Of a stretch of 64,000 nucleotides of DNA, positions 21,143 to 31,326 are shown one piece after another; positions within the stretch are counted from its first letter, which is position 1, and every line of letters begins with the position of its first letter. The position numbers were made by a program, and so were the translations under genes. Location of the stretch: assembly GCA_963806225.1 (NCBI GenBank), contig CAWDXG010000004.1:1344001-1408000 (forward strand), read 5' to 3'. This stretch comes from an uncultured delta proteobacterium. GTDB taxonomy: Bacteria > Myxococcota_A > Polyangia > Polyangiales > Polyangiaceae. Below the pieces are notes generated by a model that did not search any database, had not been told where the DNA came from, and saw only the letters and a program-made list of their open reading frames with translations.

Positions 21143-22198
21143 ATGGCCATCGATCATCGCGAATTGTACCTCGAGCGCCAAGTTCCACATGAAAGCGCTG
21201 GCGGATTCCTGCGCCGCATGGTGCGCGATTTCGGGGTCCACGATTGGCTGGTCCTAACCTATCTGGTGCTGCTGAATCTGGCCGTGCTGAACGCGCCGGC
21301 GGGCGCGATCCGGGCGCAGTCGCTGCATCGTGTGTTCGGACTGCTGGCATTCCTCGTCATCACGCTGGTGCTGGTGCGCGGCCAGGTGATGAAGCACGAC
21401 TTCGCGGCGCCGCTTCTGTACCGGCTGGCGATCTACGGCACCGTCCAACTCAGCTACTTCTTCCTCGGGGAGATCCTGCCGCTGGTGAACTCCAGGTCGC
21501 TGGACTTCGGCCTGTACCACCTCGACCTGCACGTCTTTGGCCTCGAACCCGCTCTAGCCATGGATCACTGGGTGAATCCAGTGACGTCGGAGTGGTTCGC
21601 GTTCTTCTACTTCGGCTACTTCTTCCTGCTCGCGCTGCACGTCATCCCGATTCTGTTGTTCAGCAAGCGGGAGCGGGTGTTGGGCGACTTCGCGCTCGGA
21701 ATGCTGATCGTCTTCTGCCTGGGGCATACGATCTACATGCTGGTGCCCGGCTTCGGCCCGCACCAGGCCATGGCGGACCAGTTCCAGCACGAGTTCCCCC
21801 ACGGGATGTGGCTCGACACGGTGATGCGCACCGTCGCGGAGGGCGGCGCGCAGAAAGACATCTTCCCGTCACTGCACACCGCAGCGCCCACCTTCATCGC
21901 GATGTTCTCGTTCCGCCATCGCGACAAGCTGCCTTTCCGTTACACCTGGCCCATCGTAGCGTTTTTTGCGGTGAACATCATCGGCGCCACCATGTTCCTG
22001 CGCTGGCACTACATCGTCGACGTGGTGGCCGGCCTGGCGCTTTCCACGACCGCGCTGCTCGTGAGCGGCTGGGTGACGCGCTGGGAGCTCAAGCGCCGCA
22101 GCGCACTCGGCCTGGGGCAGAACTGGCCGCGCTTCTTCGGCAAGCGCCAACCCGGCGAGGATCGCAAGGTCGGCCGCGAGATGGCGGCGAACCTGTAG
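21143..22198 (+). CDS. PAP2/Aur1-Ipt1-like membrane phosphotransferase
   Basis: Multiple TM helices; YMLVPGFGP, FPSLHTA, HYIVDVVAG. Confidence 0.8.
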   Translation: MAIDHRELYLERQVPHESAGGFLRRMVRDFGVHDWLVLTYLVLLNLAVLNAPAGAIRAQSLHRVFGLLAFLVITLVLVRGQVMKHDFAAPLLYRLAIYGTVQLSYFFLGEILPLVNSRSLDFGLYHLDLHVFGLEPALAMDHWVNPVTSEWFAFFYFGYFFLLALHVIPILLFSKRERVLGDFALGMLIVFCLGHTIYMLVPGFGPHQAMADQFQHEFPHGMWLDTVMRTVAEGGAQKDIFPSLHTAAPTFIAMFSFRHRDKLPFRYTWPIVAFFAVNIIGATMFLRWHYIVDVVAGLALSTTALLVSGWVTRWELKRRSALGLGQNWPRFFGKRQPGEDRKVGREMAANL

Positions 22199-22212
22199 CG
22201 GGAGCTCGCCGG

Positions 22213-22872
22213 CTACTTCTCGAATACCTGTGCGGCTGCCACGCCCTGGCCGCTCGACACCTTGACCACCACCTTCACGGGCGCCGGGAAGGGTGCGGCC
22301 CACTTGAAGCAGTTCGGCTTGTCGCCGAGGACGGCGTTCGGCGACTGGGTCTGGTCGCGGGCGATCACGGGCGAGCTGAGGCCGGGGATCGTCACCATCG
22401 GCACCAGCTCGATGTCCAGGTTCTGCACGGCCGGCAGTCCGACTCCGACGACCGTGTAGCAGCGCCCGGGCTGCATCTGGATCTGCTGGTCGAGCTCCTG
22501 CCCCTGCTGGAACTGTCCCGCGATGACGGACCCTAGAGGCCTGGCCCCGGCGGGGGCATGCTGGGCTGCCAGCGGCGCGAGCAGCTTCGTGGCCGCTGCT
22601 GCCGCCGTCGCATCGAGCGGCGTGGCCTGGGGCCCGCTGGGGCCGGGCGGAAGCGGTGGCGGAGCGGTGGTCGTAGCCGTCGGCGGCGGGGCTGTCGTCG
22701 TTGCAGTGGGCGGCGGGGCGCCCTGCGCGACGCAGTAGCGTCCGTCGAAGACCTGTCCGGGCGGGCACTGCACGGCGCGCGGGCCTCCGGTGTTTGCGTC
22801 CTGCGTGTTGCTGCCGCCGCAGGCGACGAGGAGCAGCGCTGATAGAGGAACGATCAGGGCGGAGCGAGACAT
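22213..22872 (-). CDS. lipoprotein, Pro/Thr-rich linker, beta-rich C-terminal domain
   Basis: LVAC lipobox; GRCYTVVGVG...LDIEL. Confidence 0.75.
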   Translation of the reverse strand: MSRSALIVPLSALLLVACGGSNTQDANTGGPRAVQCPPGQVFDGRYCVAQGAPPPTATTTAPPPTATTTAPPPLPPGPSGPQATPLDATAAAAATKLLAPLAAQHAPAGARPLGSVIAGQFQQGQELDQQIQMQPGRCYTVVGVGLPAVQNLDIELVPMVTIPGLSSPVIARDQTQSPNAVLGDKPNCFKWAAPFPAPVKVVVKVSSGQGVAAAQVFEK

Positions 22873-22949
22873 CGCGGGTCCTTTCCGACGCGGCGGCGTC
22901 GCGCCCCGTCGGAAGCTGAACGCGGAGGTCGCCGCGCGGCTTACAGGAT

Positions 22950-24137
22950 CTACTCGGCTGCCGCGCCGCCGGCGCAGAACCCCTCGTAGTCGATGTACCC
23001 GGTGATCGTCGGACTTTCGCCGCACGCCGGGCAGTGCTTGTCCCTGCGCAACTTCAGCGTGCGGAAGGTCATCCGCAGCGAGTCGTAGGTCAGCAAACGA
23101 CCCACCAACGGGTCACCCACGCCCAGGATGAGCTTGATGGCCTCCGTCGCCTGCAACACGCCGATGACGCCCGGCAGGATGCCGAGCACGCCGGCCTCGG
23201 CGCACGACGGTGCGAGGTGCGGCGGCGGCGGCTCCGGGTACAAGCAGCGGTAGCAAGGGCCGTCCCAGGGCGAGAACGGCGCGAACGTCGTCACTTGCCC
23301 TTCGAACCGGAAGATCGACCCGTGCACGACCGGGATCTTGTGGAACAGCGAGGCGTCATTGACGAGATAGCGCGTCGGGAAGTTGTCGCAGCCGTCCACG
23401 ATCACATCCCAGCCCTGGCCGAAGATGCGATCCACGTTGTCGCTGAGCAGCCGCTCCTGGAATTTGACGACCTTCACGTCGGGATTCAGGTCGCGGATCG
23501 CCGTCTCGGCGCTCTCGACCTTGGGCATGCCCACCCGCGACGTGGCGTGGATCACCTGCCGCTGCAGGTTCGAGGCGTCGACCACGTCCGCGTCGACCAG
23601 GCCCAGCGTGCCCACGCCAGCGGCCGCCAGGTACAACGCTGACGGGGCGCCGAGCCCGCCGGCCCCGAGCAGCAGCACGCGACTCTTCAGAAGCTTCGCC
23701 TGCCCCTTCTCGCCCACTTCGGGCAGCATGATGTGCCGCGAGTAGCGGTCGAGCTGCGCATCGGTGAAGTGCGGCGGCTCCTCCATCGGGTAGCGCATGT
23801 CCTTCCAGCGTACGAAGCCGGGATTGGCGCTGATGACGTTCGTGTAGCCGAGCTCCTGCAGTGTCCTGGCGGCGAACGCACTGCGCACGCCGCCCGCGCA
23901 GTACAGGACGATTTCGGCGTTCTTGTCGGGCAGCTTCTGCTCGGCCTGCATCTCCAGGAAGCCGCGCGGGATGTGGATGGCCCCGGGGATGTAGCCGCCA
24001 CGGAACTCGTCCTTCTCGCGCACGTCCACCAGCACGGGCTTGTCGTCCCTCTCCAGGCGGGCCTTGAGGTCCTCCAGGGTGACGAGCTTGACGTTGCTCT
24101 TGATGTCCGCAAACAGGTCGCTGTAGGTCTTCGCCAT
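22950..24137 (-). CDS. moeB: rhodanese + ThiF/MoeB adenylyltransferase fusion
   Basis: DVRE and LYCAGGVRS rhodanese; RYSRH, GAGGLG, SNLQRQ, PCYRC, CPAC. Confidence 0.92.
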   Translation of the reverse strand: MAKTYSDLFADIKSNVKLVTLEDLKARLERDDKPVLVDVREKDEFRGGYIPGAIHIPRGFLEMQAEQKLPDKNAEIVLYCAGGVRSAFAARTLQELGYTNVISANPGFVRWKDMRYPMEEPPHFTDAQLDRYSRHIMLPEVGEKGQAKLLKSRVLLLGAGGLGAPSALYLAAAGVGTLGLVDADVVDASNLQRQVIHATSRVGMPKVESAETAIRDLNPDVKVVKFQERLLSDNVDRIFGQGWDVIVDGCDNFPTRYLVNDASLFHKIPVVHGSIFRFEGQVTTFAPFSPWDGPCYRCLYPEPPPPHLAPSCAEAGVLGILPGVIGVLQATEAIKLILGVGDPLVGRLLTYDSLRMTFRTLKLRRDKHCPACGESPTITGYIDYEGFCAGGAAAE

Positions 24138-24210
24138 CTCGGGCTCCAGCTATAGTCGCGTATTCCTATGCGACAATCTGCACGAGTTATTGGGCTTCGG
24201 CCGACCCAAG

Positions 24211-25489
24211 TCAAGCGAGCGTAGCAGCAGTGCCGCCGGGCGCCGTCTGCGGCAAACAATCGAGCAGCGCCGCCGCGTTGGGCGGACGGGCCGGCCTCGG
24301 GGCCGTGGCCTCGGCCGCGACCTGGCGCCAGGCGGCCACCTCCAGCGCCGAGGGGGGCTCGGGAGCCCGCTCCAGCGCGTCGAGCGCGTCGTCCAGGATG
24401 CGACCGAGGGCGTACACGTCGTCGTCGAGCTGGAGCGGCAGCGACGACAGACGCTCGGGCGACAGATACCCCAGGCTGCCGCCCGGAACGCGCTGGCCTG
24501 GCGCATGCGCCAGGCCGAAGTCCGACAGCACCGGTTCTTCCGGCGAGCGGAACAGTACGTTGGCCGGCTTGAGATCGGCATGCACCACGCCCTGGGAGTG
24601 CACGCGCGCCACCGCCGCGACCAGCGGCGAGAACCAGCGCTCGGGCGGCCACAGCACGGCGGGTTCGGCCCGCGCCAACCAGCGCTTGAGCGCGCCGCCT
24701 GGTAGCCACTCCATGACGATCCAGCCGCGGGTGGGATCAACGTCGAAGATCCGCACGACCCCTACGCCGCCGAGCTCCACCGCGCGCTGCGCTTCGCGCT
24801 CGAGCTTGTCCCGCTCCTCGGCAGCTCGGTGATAGATCTTGAGCGCGACGCGACGCCCGAGCACGTCGTCGAGCGCCTCGTACACCGCACCCGCGCCGCC
24901 CCGTCCCGCCTCGCCGACGATACGCAGGGTCGTGGAAGGAAGCTCCGCCTCGAGCAGCGTCGGCTGATCGAGCGGCGCTGCGGCGGCCGCCTCGGCGCCG
25001 AGCGCGCGGCGGAAGCGCTCGTGCCGCTCCCGCGCACCGGGCCAGTCGATGTCCCGCGCCAGGACGCGCTCGACGAACGTGAGCGCGCGTGCCAGCTCAC
25101 CCCGATCGGCGTACAGAATCCGCAGCCAGCAGCAGCGCGGGACTGCTGTGCGCCGCGCCGAGCAAGTCGAGCGCGGCGGAGGCGGCGCCGCGCTGCACCA
25201 GCACGTCGGCGGCGGCGACGAGCAGCGCGTCGGGAGCCCGCTTGTGTGCCTGCAGGGCGAGCACTGCGTCGAGCGCGTGCCGCTCGAGGCTCGTTCCGCG
25301 CGCCGACGTGAACGCCGCGAGCGCCGCCCGCACGGCGGACGGCGAGCCGGGCTCTGCGCTCCGGATCGGAGCGAGCGGATCGTCCACGGGCTCGGCATCG
25401 GCCGGCGTTGCTGCGGACTCCGGCGAAAGCTCCGCCGTGGGCGAAGCAGCGCCCCGCACCCGCAGAAGCAGCCGCCGCCAGAGATTCAC
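24211..25489 (-). CDS. Ser/Thr protein kinase with N-terminal TPR-like region (frameshift near 25118)
   Basis: GRGGAGAVY, VALKIY, HADLKPANV, DFG, YLSPE, DVYALG; GTG overlaps the upstream TGA. Confidence 0.85.
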
Positions 25490-26662
25490 GACAGGACCTC
25501 GAGTCGCACGCCAGCGCCCGGTTCTTCCGATAGCGCATCGCCCGAGAGCAGCTGGACGCGCGCGTCCAGCCGGAGCGCGCCACGACAGGGCGGCGCGCCT
25601 TCGGGCGCCATGAGCTCCAACCAGTCGTCGTCCGGCGACGGCTCGACGCGCCAATCGCCGACGACCAGCGGGCCCAGCGGCGCGTGCAGCGTGCGGCCTC
25701 CGACCACGATGCGCACGCCGTCGCGCCACGGCTCGATGCGGACGCCCACTTCCCCGCCAAGCTCCAGGTCGACGCCGTCGCCCACCGCCACCGGGACGTC
25801 GAGTCGCACACCCGCGATCATCGTCCCGTTGCTGGATTCGAGATCGAGCACTTCGGGGCCGGTCGGCGCGCGGCGGACTTCGAGATGCCTGCGACTGACC
25901 GCGGGCGACTCGAGCGTCAAGGTGGCCCCCAGCCGACCGAGCGTGATGCGTTCGCCGAACGCCACCTCGAACGGCTCGCCATCGACCGCGAGGCGCGCGC
26001 AAGGGCCTCGACAGCGCTTGAGCTCGATATCGCGTGCGAGGGCGAGCGTCGCCTCGTCACCGCGCAGCGCCGGCGAACGGGCCAGCTCCAGCGCCTGGCG
26101 GCGGCAGCCCGCAAGCTCGAGATCGCGCACACGTTGCTCCTGCTCCTCGTGCCTGCGATGGCTACGCTGCCGGTTCCGCTGGGCATCGAGCACTTCCTCG
26201 AGTTGGTCGACCGCTCCGGCCGAAACCAGCGCGCGCTCCTGTGCGTCCGCCGCTCCGGCCTGCGCGAAGACCTCGGCGGCGTCGAGCGGCTGTCCCAGCT
26301 CTTCCAGCTCCTCGCCCAGCGCCACAAGCTCGCTCCGACCCAGGACCAGCGTCTTTGCCCTCACCAGATCGAGCTTGAGCCCCGCGCGACGTTGCAGGAT
26401 CGCCGCGCGCTCATCGCCGTCGGCAAGCTCGAGCGCCTGCGACAGGAGCCCGAGGCGCCCCGCCGGAATCGAGCGCCTGCTCGGCCCGCAGACGGTACAG
26501 GCGCAGCGCTTCACCGCCCTCGCCCGCTTCGAGGTAGAGAGCGGTCGCCTCTTCCAGGCGTCCGAGGGCTTCCTGCCGCCTCGCGCGGGAAAGCCTGCCC
26601 CGCTCCAGGCGGCGGCGCACCAGACCCACGGCGCGGGAAACCAGGCTCATCGCGAGGGGCAT
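25486..26662 (-). CDS. helical-repeat + FHA-domain protein (frameshift near 26468)
   Basis: LGR...VSRRH...DLESSNGT FHA signature; N-terminal helical repeats. Confidence 0.8.
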
Positions 26663-26803
26663 CTTGACCAAAACCCGAGCCTCGTGCCACGGGATTGGGC
26701 TTGCTCGACTGACTGGCGGCGACCCGCGGGGGAGGCCCCCCTTTTGACGCCCTGGCGTGGCTGGTATGCTCCGCGGCAGGCTCCGATTCGTGAGGAAACA
26801 CGC

Positions 26804-28510
26804 ATGAGCAACTCCAACCGCCTCGGCGAGCTACTGGTCCGCGAGAAGCTGATCAGCCTGCAACAGCTACGTCGCGCGCAGGAAGAGCAGAAGCGCTCGG
26901 GCCAGAACCTGGGCTACACGCTCGCCAAGCTGGGCTACATCTCCGACGGCGAGATCACGAACTTCCTGAGCTCGCAGTACCGCCTTCCGGCCATCGATCT
27001 GGACGAGTACGAGATCGACGCGGATGTCATCAAGCTGGTCGGCCGCGATGTCTGCGAAAAGCACAAGATCATCCCCGTCTCGCGCTCGGGCTCATCGCTC
27101 ATCGTGGCCATGAGCGACCCGACGAACCTGCACGCGATCGACGACATCAAGTTCCTCACCGGCTACAACGTCGAGCCGGTCGTGGCGGGCGAGACGGCCA
27201 TCCTGGCCTCCATCGAGCGCTACTACAACGTCGGCCCCTCCTACGAGGAGGTGATGGCCGACTTCGACCTGGGCGACGAGGACATCGATTTCTCGGCCGA
27301 GCAGGAAGACGACAACGTCCTCGAGCTGGAACGCCAGAGCGAAGATGCGCCGGTCGTCCGTCTGGTAAACGTGCTCTTGCTGAACGCCATTCGCAAAGGC
27401 GCCAGCAACGTCCACGTCGAGCCCTACGAGAAGCGGCTACGCGTCCGTTACCGAATCGATGGCGTGCTGCACGAAGAGATGACCCCGCCGCTCAAGCTCA
27501 AGGCAGCGATCGTCAGCCGCCTCAAGATCATGAGCCAGCTCGACATCGCCGAGCGGCGGCTGCCGCAGGACGGCCGCATCAAGCTCAAGCTCGGCAAGGG
27601 ACGCGAGATGGATTTCCGCGTTTCCGTCATGCCCACGATGTGGGGCGAGAAGGTCGTGTTGCGCCTGCTCGACAAGGGCAACCTGCAGCTCGACATGACG
27701 AAGCTGGGCTTCGACGAGGCTCCGCTCGTCGACTTCCAGTGGGCGATCGGGCAGCCCTGGGGCATGGTGCTGGTGACGGGGCCCACCGGTTCCGGCAAGA
27801 CGACGACGCTGTACTCGGCGCTCAGCGAGCTGAACAAGTCGGACGTGAACATCAGCACCGCCGAGGACCCGGTCGAGTACAACCTGCACGGCATCAACCA
27901 GGTTCAGATGCACGACGAGATCGGGCTCAACTTCGCCATGGCCCTGCGCTCGTTCCTCCGACAGGACCCCGACATCATCATGGTCGGCGAGATCCGCGAT
28001 TTCGAGACGGCGGAAATCAGCGTCAAAGCCGCGCTCACGGGCCACATGGTGCTCTCGACGCTGCATACGAACGACGCGCCGGCCACGATCTCGCGCATGC
28101 TGAACATGGGCGTCGAGCCCTTCCTGATCACGGCCAGCGTCAACCTGGTGCTGGCCCAGCGTCTCGCGCGGCGCGTGTGCGTCGACTGCAAGCGCGAGAT
28201 CGAGATCGATCACCAGGCGATGCTCGACATGGGCGTGACCGAGGAGCAGCTCCAGACCGCGCGCATCGTCAAGGGCGCGGGCTGCACCACCTGCAACAAC
28301 ACCGGCTACAAGGGCCGCGTTGCGCTCTACGAGGTGATGAAGTTCACCGACAACCTGAAGGAGATGGTGCTGCAGGGCGCCTCCACCGCCGAGCTGAAGG
28401 TCGCCGCCATTCGTGAAGGCATGAACACCCTGCGCGCGAGCGGCATCACCAAGATCCTCGAGGGCGTCACCACGCCCGAGGAAATCCTGCGCGTCACCAT
28501 GTCGGACTGA
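26804..28510 (+). CDS. pilB: type IV pilus extension ATPase PilB
   Basis: RLGELL MshEN-like N-terminus, GPTGSGKTT, EDPVE, VGEIRD, CxxC...CxxC. Confidence 0.96.
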   Translation: MSNSNRLGELLVREKLISLQQLRRAQEEQKRSGQNLGYTLAKLGYISDGEITNFLSSQYRLPAIDLDEYEIDADVIKLVGRDVCEKHKIIPVSRSGSSLIVAMSDPTNLHAIDDIKFLTGYNVEPVVAGETAILASIERYYNVGPSYEEVMADFDLGDEDIDFSAEQEDDNVLELERQSEDAPVVRLVNVLLLNAIRKGASNVHVEPYEKRLRVRYRIDGVLHEEMTPPLKLKAAIVSRLKIMSQLDIAERRLPQDGRIKLKLGKGREMDFRVSVMPTMWGEKVVLRLLDKGNLQLDMTKLGFDEAPLVDFQWAIGQPWGMVLVTGPTGSGKTTTLYSALSELNKSDVNISTAEDPVEYNLHGINQVQMHDEIGLNFAMALRSFLRQDPDIIMVGEIRDFETAEISVKAALTGHMVLSTLHTNDAPATISRMLNMGVEPFLITASVNLVLAQRLARRVCVDCKREIEIDHQAMLDMGVTEEQLQTARIVKGAGCTTCNNTGYKGRVALYEVMKFTDNLKEMVLQGASTAELKVAAIREGMNTLRASGITKILEGVTTPEEILRVTMSD

Positions 28511-28573
28511 GCCCGGCCGGGCCCGCCCAAGCCAGCGGCAGCGCGCCCGGACATCGTGTAAGCTGGAAGGCTG

Positions 28574-29692
28574 ATGACACACGCCGAACAGGAAGGGCTG
28601 AAGGTCAACCTCCACCAGTTGCTGCGCGCCATGATCGAAAAGGGCGCGAGCGACATGCACATCACGACCGGCTCGCCGCCGCTCCTGCGCATCGACGGCG
28701 CCATCGTGCCACTCAAGCTGCCGTCGCTGTCACCGGTGGAGACGAAACAGCTCTGCTACTCGGTACTGACCGAGGAACAGAAGATCGCCTTCGAGAAGAA
28801 CAAGGAGCTCGACCTCTCCTTCGGCGTGAAGAACCTCTCCCGGTTCCGCGCCAACATCTTCCTGCAGCGCGGCGCCGTCTCCGGCGCGTTCCGGTCCATC
28901 CCGTTCAAGATCCTGTCCTTCGAGGAGCTCGGGCTGCCCCCCATTGTCCTCGACCTCGCCAGCAAACCGCGTGGGTTGATCCTGGTGACGGGCCCCACCG
29001 GGTCCGGCAAGAGTACGACGCTCGCGTCGATTATCGACAAGATCAACAGCGAGACGCGCCAGCACATCATGACCGTCGAGGATCCGATCGAGTATCTGCA
29101 TCCTCATAAGCGCTGCATCGTCAACCAGCGCGAAGTGGGCGCCGACACCGGCAGCTTCAAGGACGCGCTCAAGTACGTGCTGCGTCAGGATCCGGACGTG
29201 GTGCTGGTCGGCGAGATGCGCGATCTGGAAACCATCGAGGCAGCGCTCACCATCGCCGAGACGGGCCATCTGGTGTTCGCGACCCTGCACACGAACTCCG
29301 CGATCCAGAGCATCAACCGCGTCATCGACGTGTTTCCTCCGCACCAGCAGCCTCAGGTCCGGGCGCAGCTGTCGTTCGTGCTCGAGGGCGTGCTCAGCCA
29401 GCTGCTGCTCCCCCGGGCGGGCAATCCCGGCCGCGCGCTGGCGCTCGAGGTGCTGGTGCCCAACGCCGCTATCCGCAACCTGATCCGCGAGGACAAGATC
29501 CACCAGATCTACTCGCAGATGCAGGTCGGCCAGACCAAGCACGGCATGCAGACCCTCAACCAGTCGCTCTACTCGCTGTACGCGCGCCGGCTCATCACGC
29601 TGGATGAGGCCATGGGCCGTTCCAACGATCCGGAAGAGCTCACCGGAATGATCGAGGGGCGTACCGGCCAACCCTCGCCGCAACAGCGCTAG
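28574..29692 (+). CDS. pilT: type IV pilus retraction ATPase PilT
   Basis: GPTGSGKSTT, LRQDPD, AIRNLIRE, GMQT. Confidence 0.97.
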   Translation: MTHAEQEGLKVNLHQLLRAMIEKGASDMHITTGSPPLLRIDGAIVPLKLPSLSPVETKQLCYSVLTEEQKIAFEKNKELDLSFGVKNLSRFRANIFLQRGAVSGAFRSIPFKILSFEELGLPPIVLDLASKPRGLILVTGPTGSGKSTTLASIIDKINSETRQHIMTVEDPIEYLHPHKRCIVNQREVGADTGSFKDALKYVLRQDPDVVLVGEMRDLETIEAALTIAETGHLVFATLHTNSAIQSINRVIDVFPPHQQPQVRAQLSFVLEGVLSQLLLPRAGNPGRALALEVLVPNAAIRNLIREDKIHQIYSQMQVGQTKHGMQTLNQSLYSLYARRLITLDEAMGRSNDPEELTGMIEGRTGQPSPQQR

Positions 29693-29934
29693 AGGGGACC
29701 ACCGAGCGAAACCGGGCCGCTCCTCTGGCGCCGGAGCTGTGCGGCAACCGCTCGGAAATCACCCTGAAACCCGCGCCGGCGCGATCTGTACGACGCGCTG
29801 CGCAAGAAACTGGTACGAAATGCGGCCGTAACCTGCGACCCGCTACCAAGCGGTCGTAGGGCGGTCCGGATCGACCGGCCGTGGTGCTCCAATTGCGCCC
29901 CCCGCCCACGCTGTACCCGTGTAAAGGAGCAATC

Positions 29935-31209
29935 ATGAAGCGTTCAATCCATGTGGTCTTCGGCGCGCTGCTCGGGCTCGGAGCCTTGGCGGCCACGGCC
30001 GGAGCGAACGCCCAGCCCGCCGCACCCGAACCGCCGCCTCCGCCAGCGCCCTGGTACAAGGCCATCCACTTCGGTGCGTTCGCCGACGGGTACGCCGGAC
30101 TGAACTACAATTTCCCGAAGCCGCAGTCGGGGCAGAACGCGTTCCGCGCGTACGACACCACCAACGGCTTCGCGCTGTCCTGGATCGGGCTCGACGCCAG
30201 CTACGATCCCGCACCGGTCGGCGGAACGCTGAGCCTGCGCTTCGGCCCCACCGCGCAGACGTACGCCGGCGACGACGCCAACTACGACCTGCAATACGTC
30301 AAGCAGGCGTACGCTTCGTGGAAGCCGTTCGACGCGCTAGAGCTCGATTTCGGCAAGTTCGACACCATCTACGGAGCCGAGGTCGCCGAGAGCCAGAACA
30401 ACATGAACTACACGCGCGGCGTGCTGTACTGGCTCGCCCAGCCACTGTTCCACACGGGCCTCCGCGCGAACATCACGGTCGCACCGATACTGTCGTTCAA
30501 CGTGCTGGCAGTGAACGGCTGGAACAACACGGTCGACAACAACACCGGCAAGAGCTACGGGCTGCAGGCCGTGCTCGCGCCGGCAGACAACGTCGGAATC
30601 TCCCTGGGATGGATCGGCGGGCCGGAGCAGAGCGATGTCACGAGCGTCGACTGCGCACAGGACACCGCCTACGACCCCGCGGCCAAGGGCTGCGCGCCCA
30701 GCGTGAACACGCCGGCCGCGAGCTACCCGGTAGATCGCGGCGGCGCCAACGACTTCAAGGCGTGGAAGCACCTGGTCGATCTCGTCGCCAGCTACGACGC
30801 CACGGAAAACCTGTCGTTCGTGCTGAACGCCGACTACGGCACCGAGGGCGTGCGCAACTTCGACGCGACGACGCAGCAGACGAGCATCGACCAGAAGCAC
30901 TGGTACGGCGCCATGCTCGGCGCGCGCTACCAACTCACGCCCGTGTGGGCGGTCGCCGGCCGCGGCGAGTACTACAAGGACCCAGAGGGCTACACGACGG
31001 GCGCGAACTACGACATCTCGCTCGCCACCGGAACGCTCACCATCGAGGCCAAGCCGACCGACAACCTCATCCTCAGGCTGGAGAATCGCGGCGATTTCGC
31101 GGTCAGCGCCGCGTCGGGGCAGAGCAAAGCGGTGTTCCCCAGGAAGGTCCGCGACTTCAGCAAGAACCAGTTCACGACCACGCTGGGCGTGGTCGTCACC
31201 ACGAACTGA
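29935..31209 (+). CDS. outer-membrane beta-barrel porin (BBP2-like)
   Basis: Signal peptide; KQAYAS, DFGKFDTIYGAE, NMNYTR, PLFHTG, VNGWN. Confidence 0.8.
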   Translation: MKRSIHVVFGALLGLGALAATAGANAQPAAPEPPPPPAPWYKAIHFGAFADGYAGLNYNFPKPQSGQNAFRAYDTTNGFALSWIGLDASYDPAPVGGTLSLRFGPTAQTYAGDDANYDLQYVKQAYASWKPFDALELDFGKFDTIYGAEVAESQNNMNYTRGVLYWLAQPLFHTGLRANITVAPILSFNVLAVNGWNNTVDNNTGKSYGLQAVLAPADNVGISLGWIGGPEQSDVTSVDCAQDTAYDPAAKGCAPSVNTPAASYPVDRGGANDFKAWKHLVDLVASYDATENLSFVLNADYGTEGVRNFDATTQQTSIDQKHWYGAMLGARYQLTPVWAVAGRGEYYKDPEGYTTGANYDISLATGTLTIEAKPTDNLILRLENRGDFAVSAASGQSKAVFPRKVRDFSKNQFTTTLGVVVTTN

Positions 31210-31326
31210 GGGCCATCGGCGGATCGGGCGACCTCGCTCCGGTCACGGTGTGCGGTCGCGACCGCTCGGAGCTGCGGCGACGGATGGGGCGCGCCTGCTG
31301 GGGTACCTGGTTGGGTGCGCCCCCGG

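Noticed and set aside
25049..26803. Apparent 585-aa N-terminal extension of PilB
   Set aside because: It is the antisense of the FHA and kinase genes; the real start is the ATG at 26804 after GAGGA
29811..29826. Sigma54 promoter upstream of the porin (TGGTACGAAATGCGG)
   Set aside because: The GC is not at the required GG-N10-GC spacing
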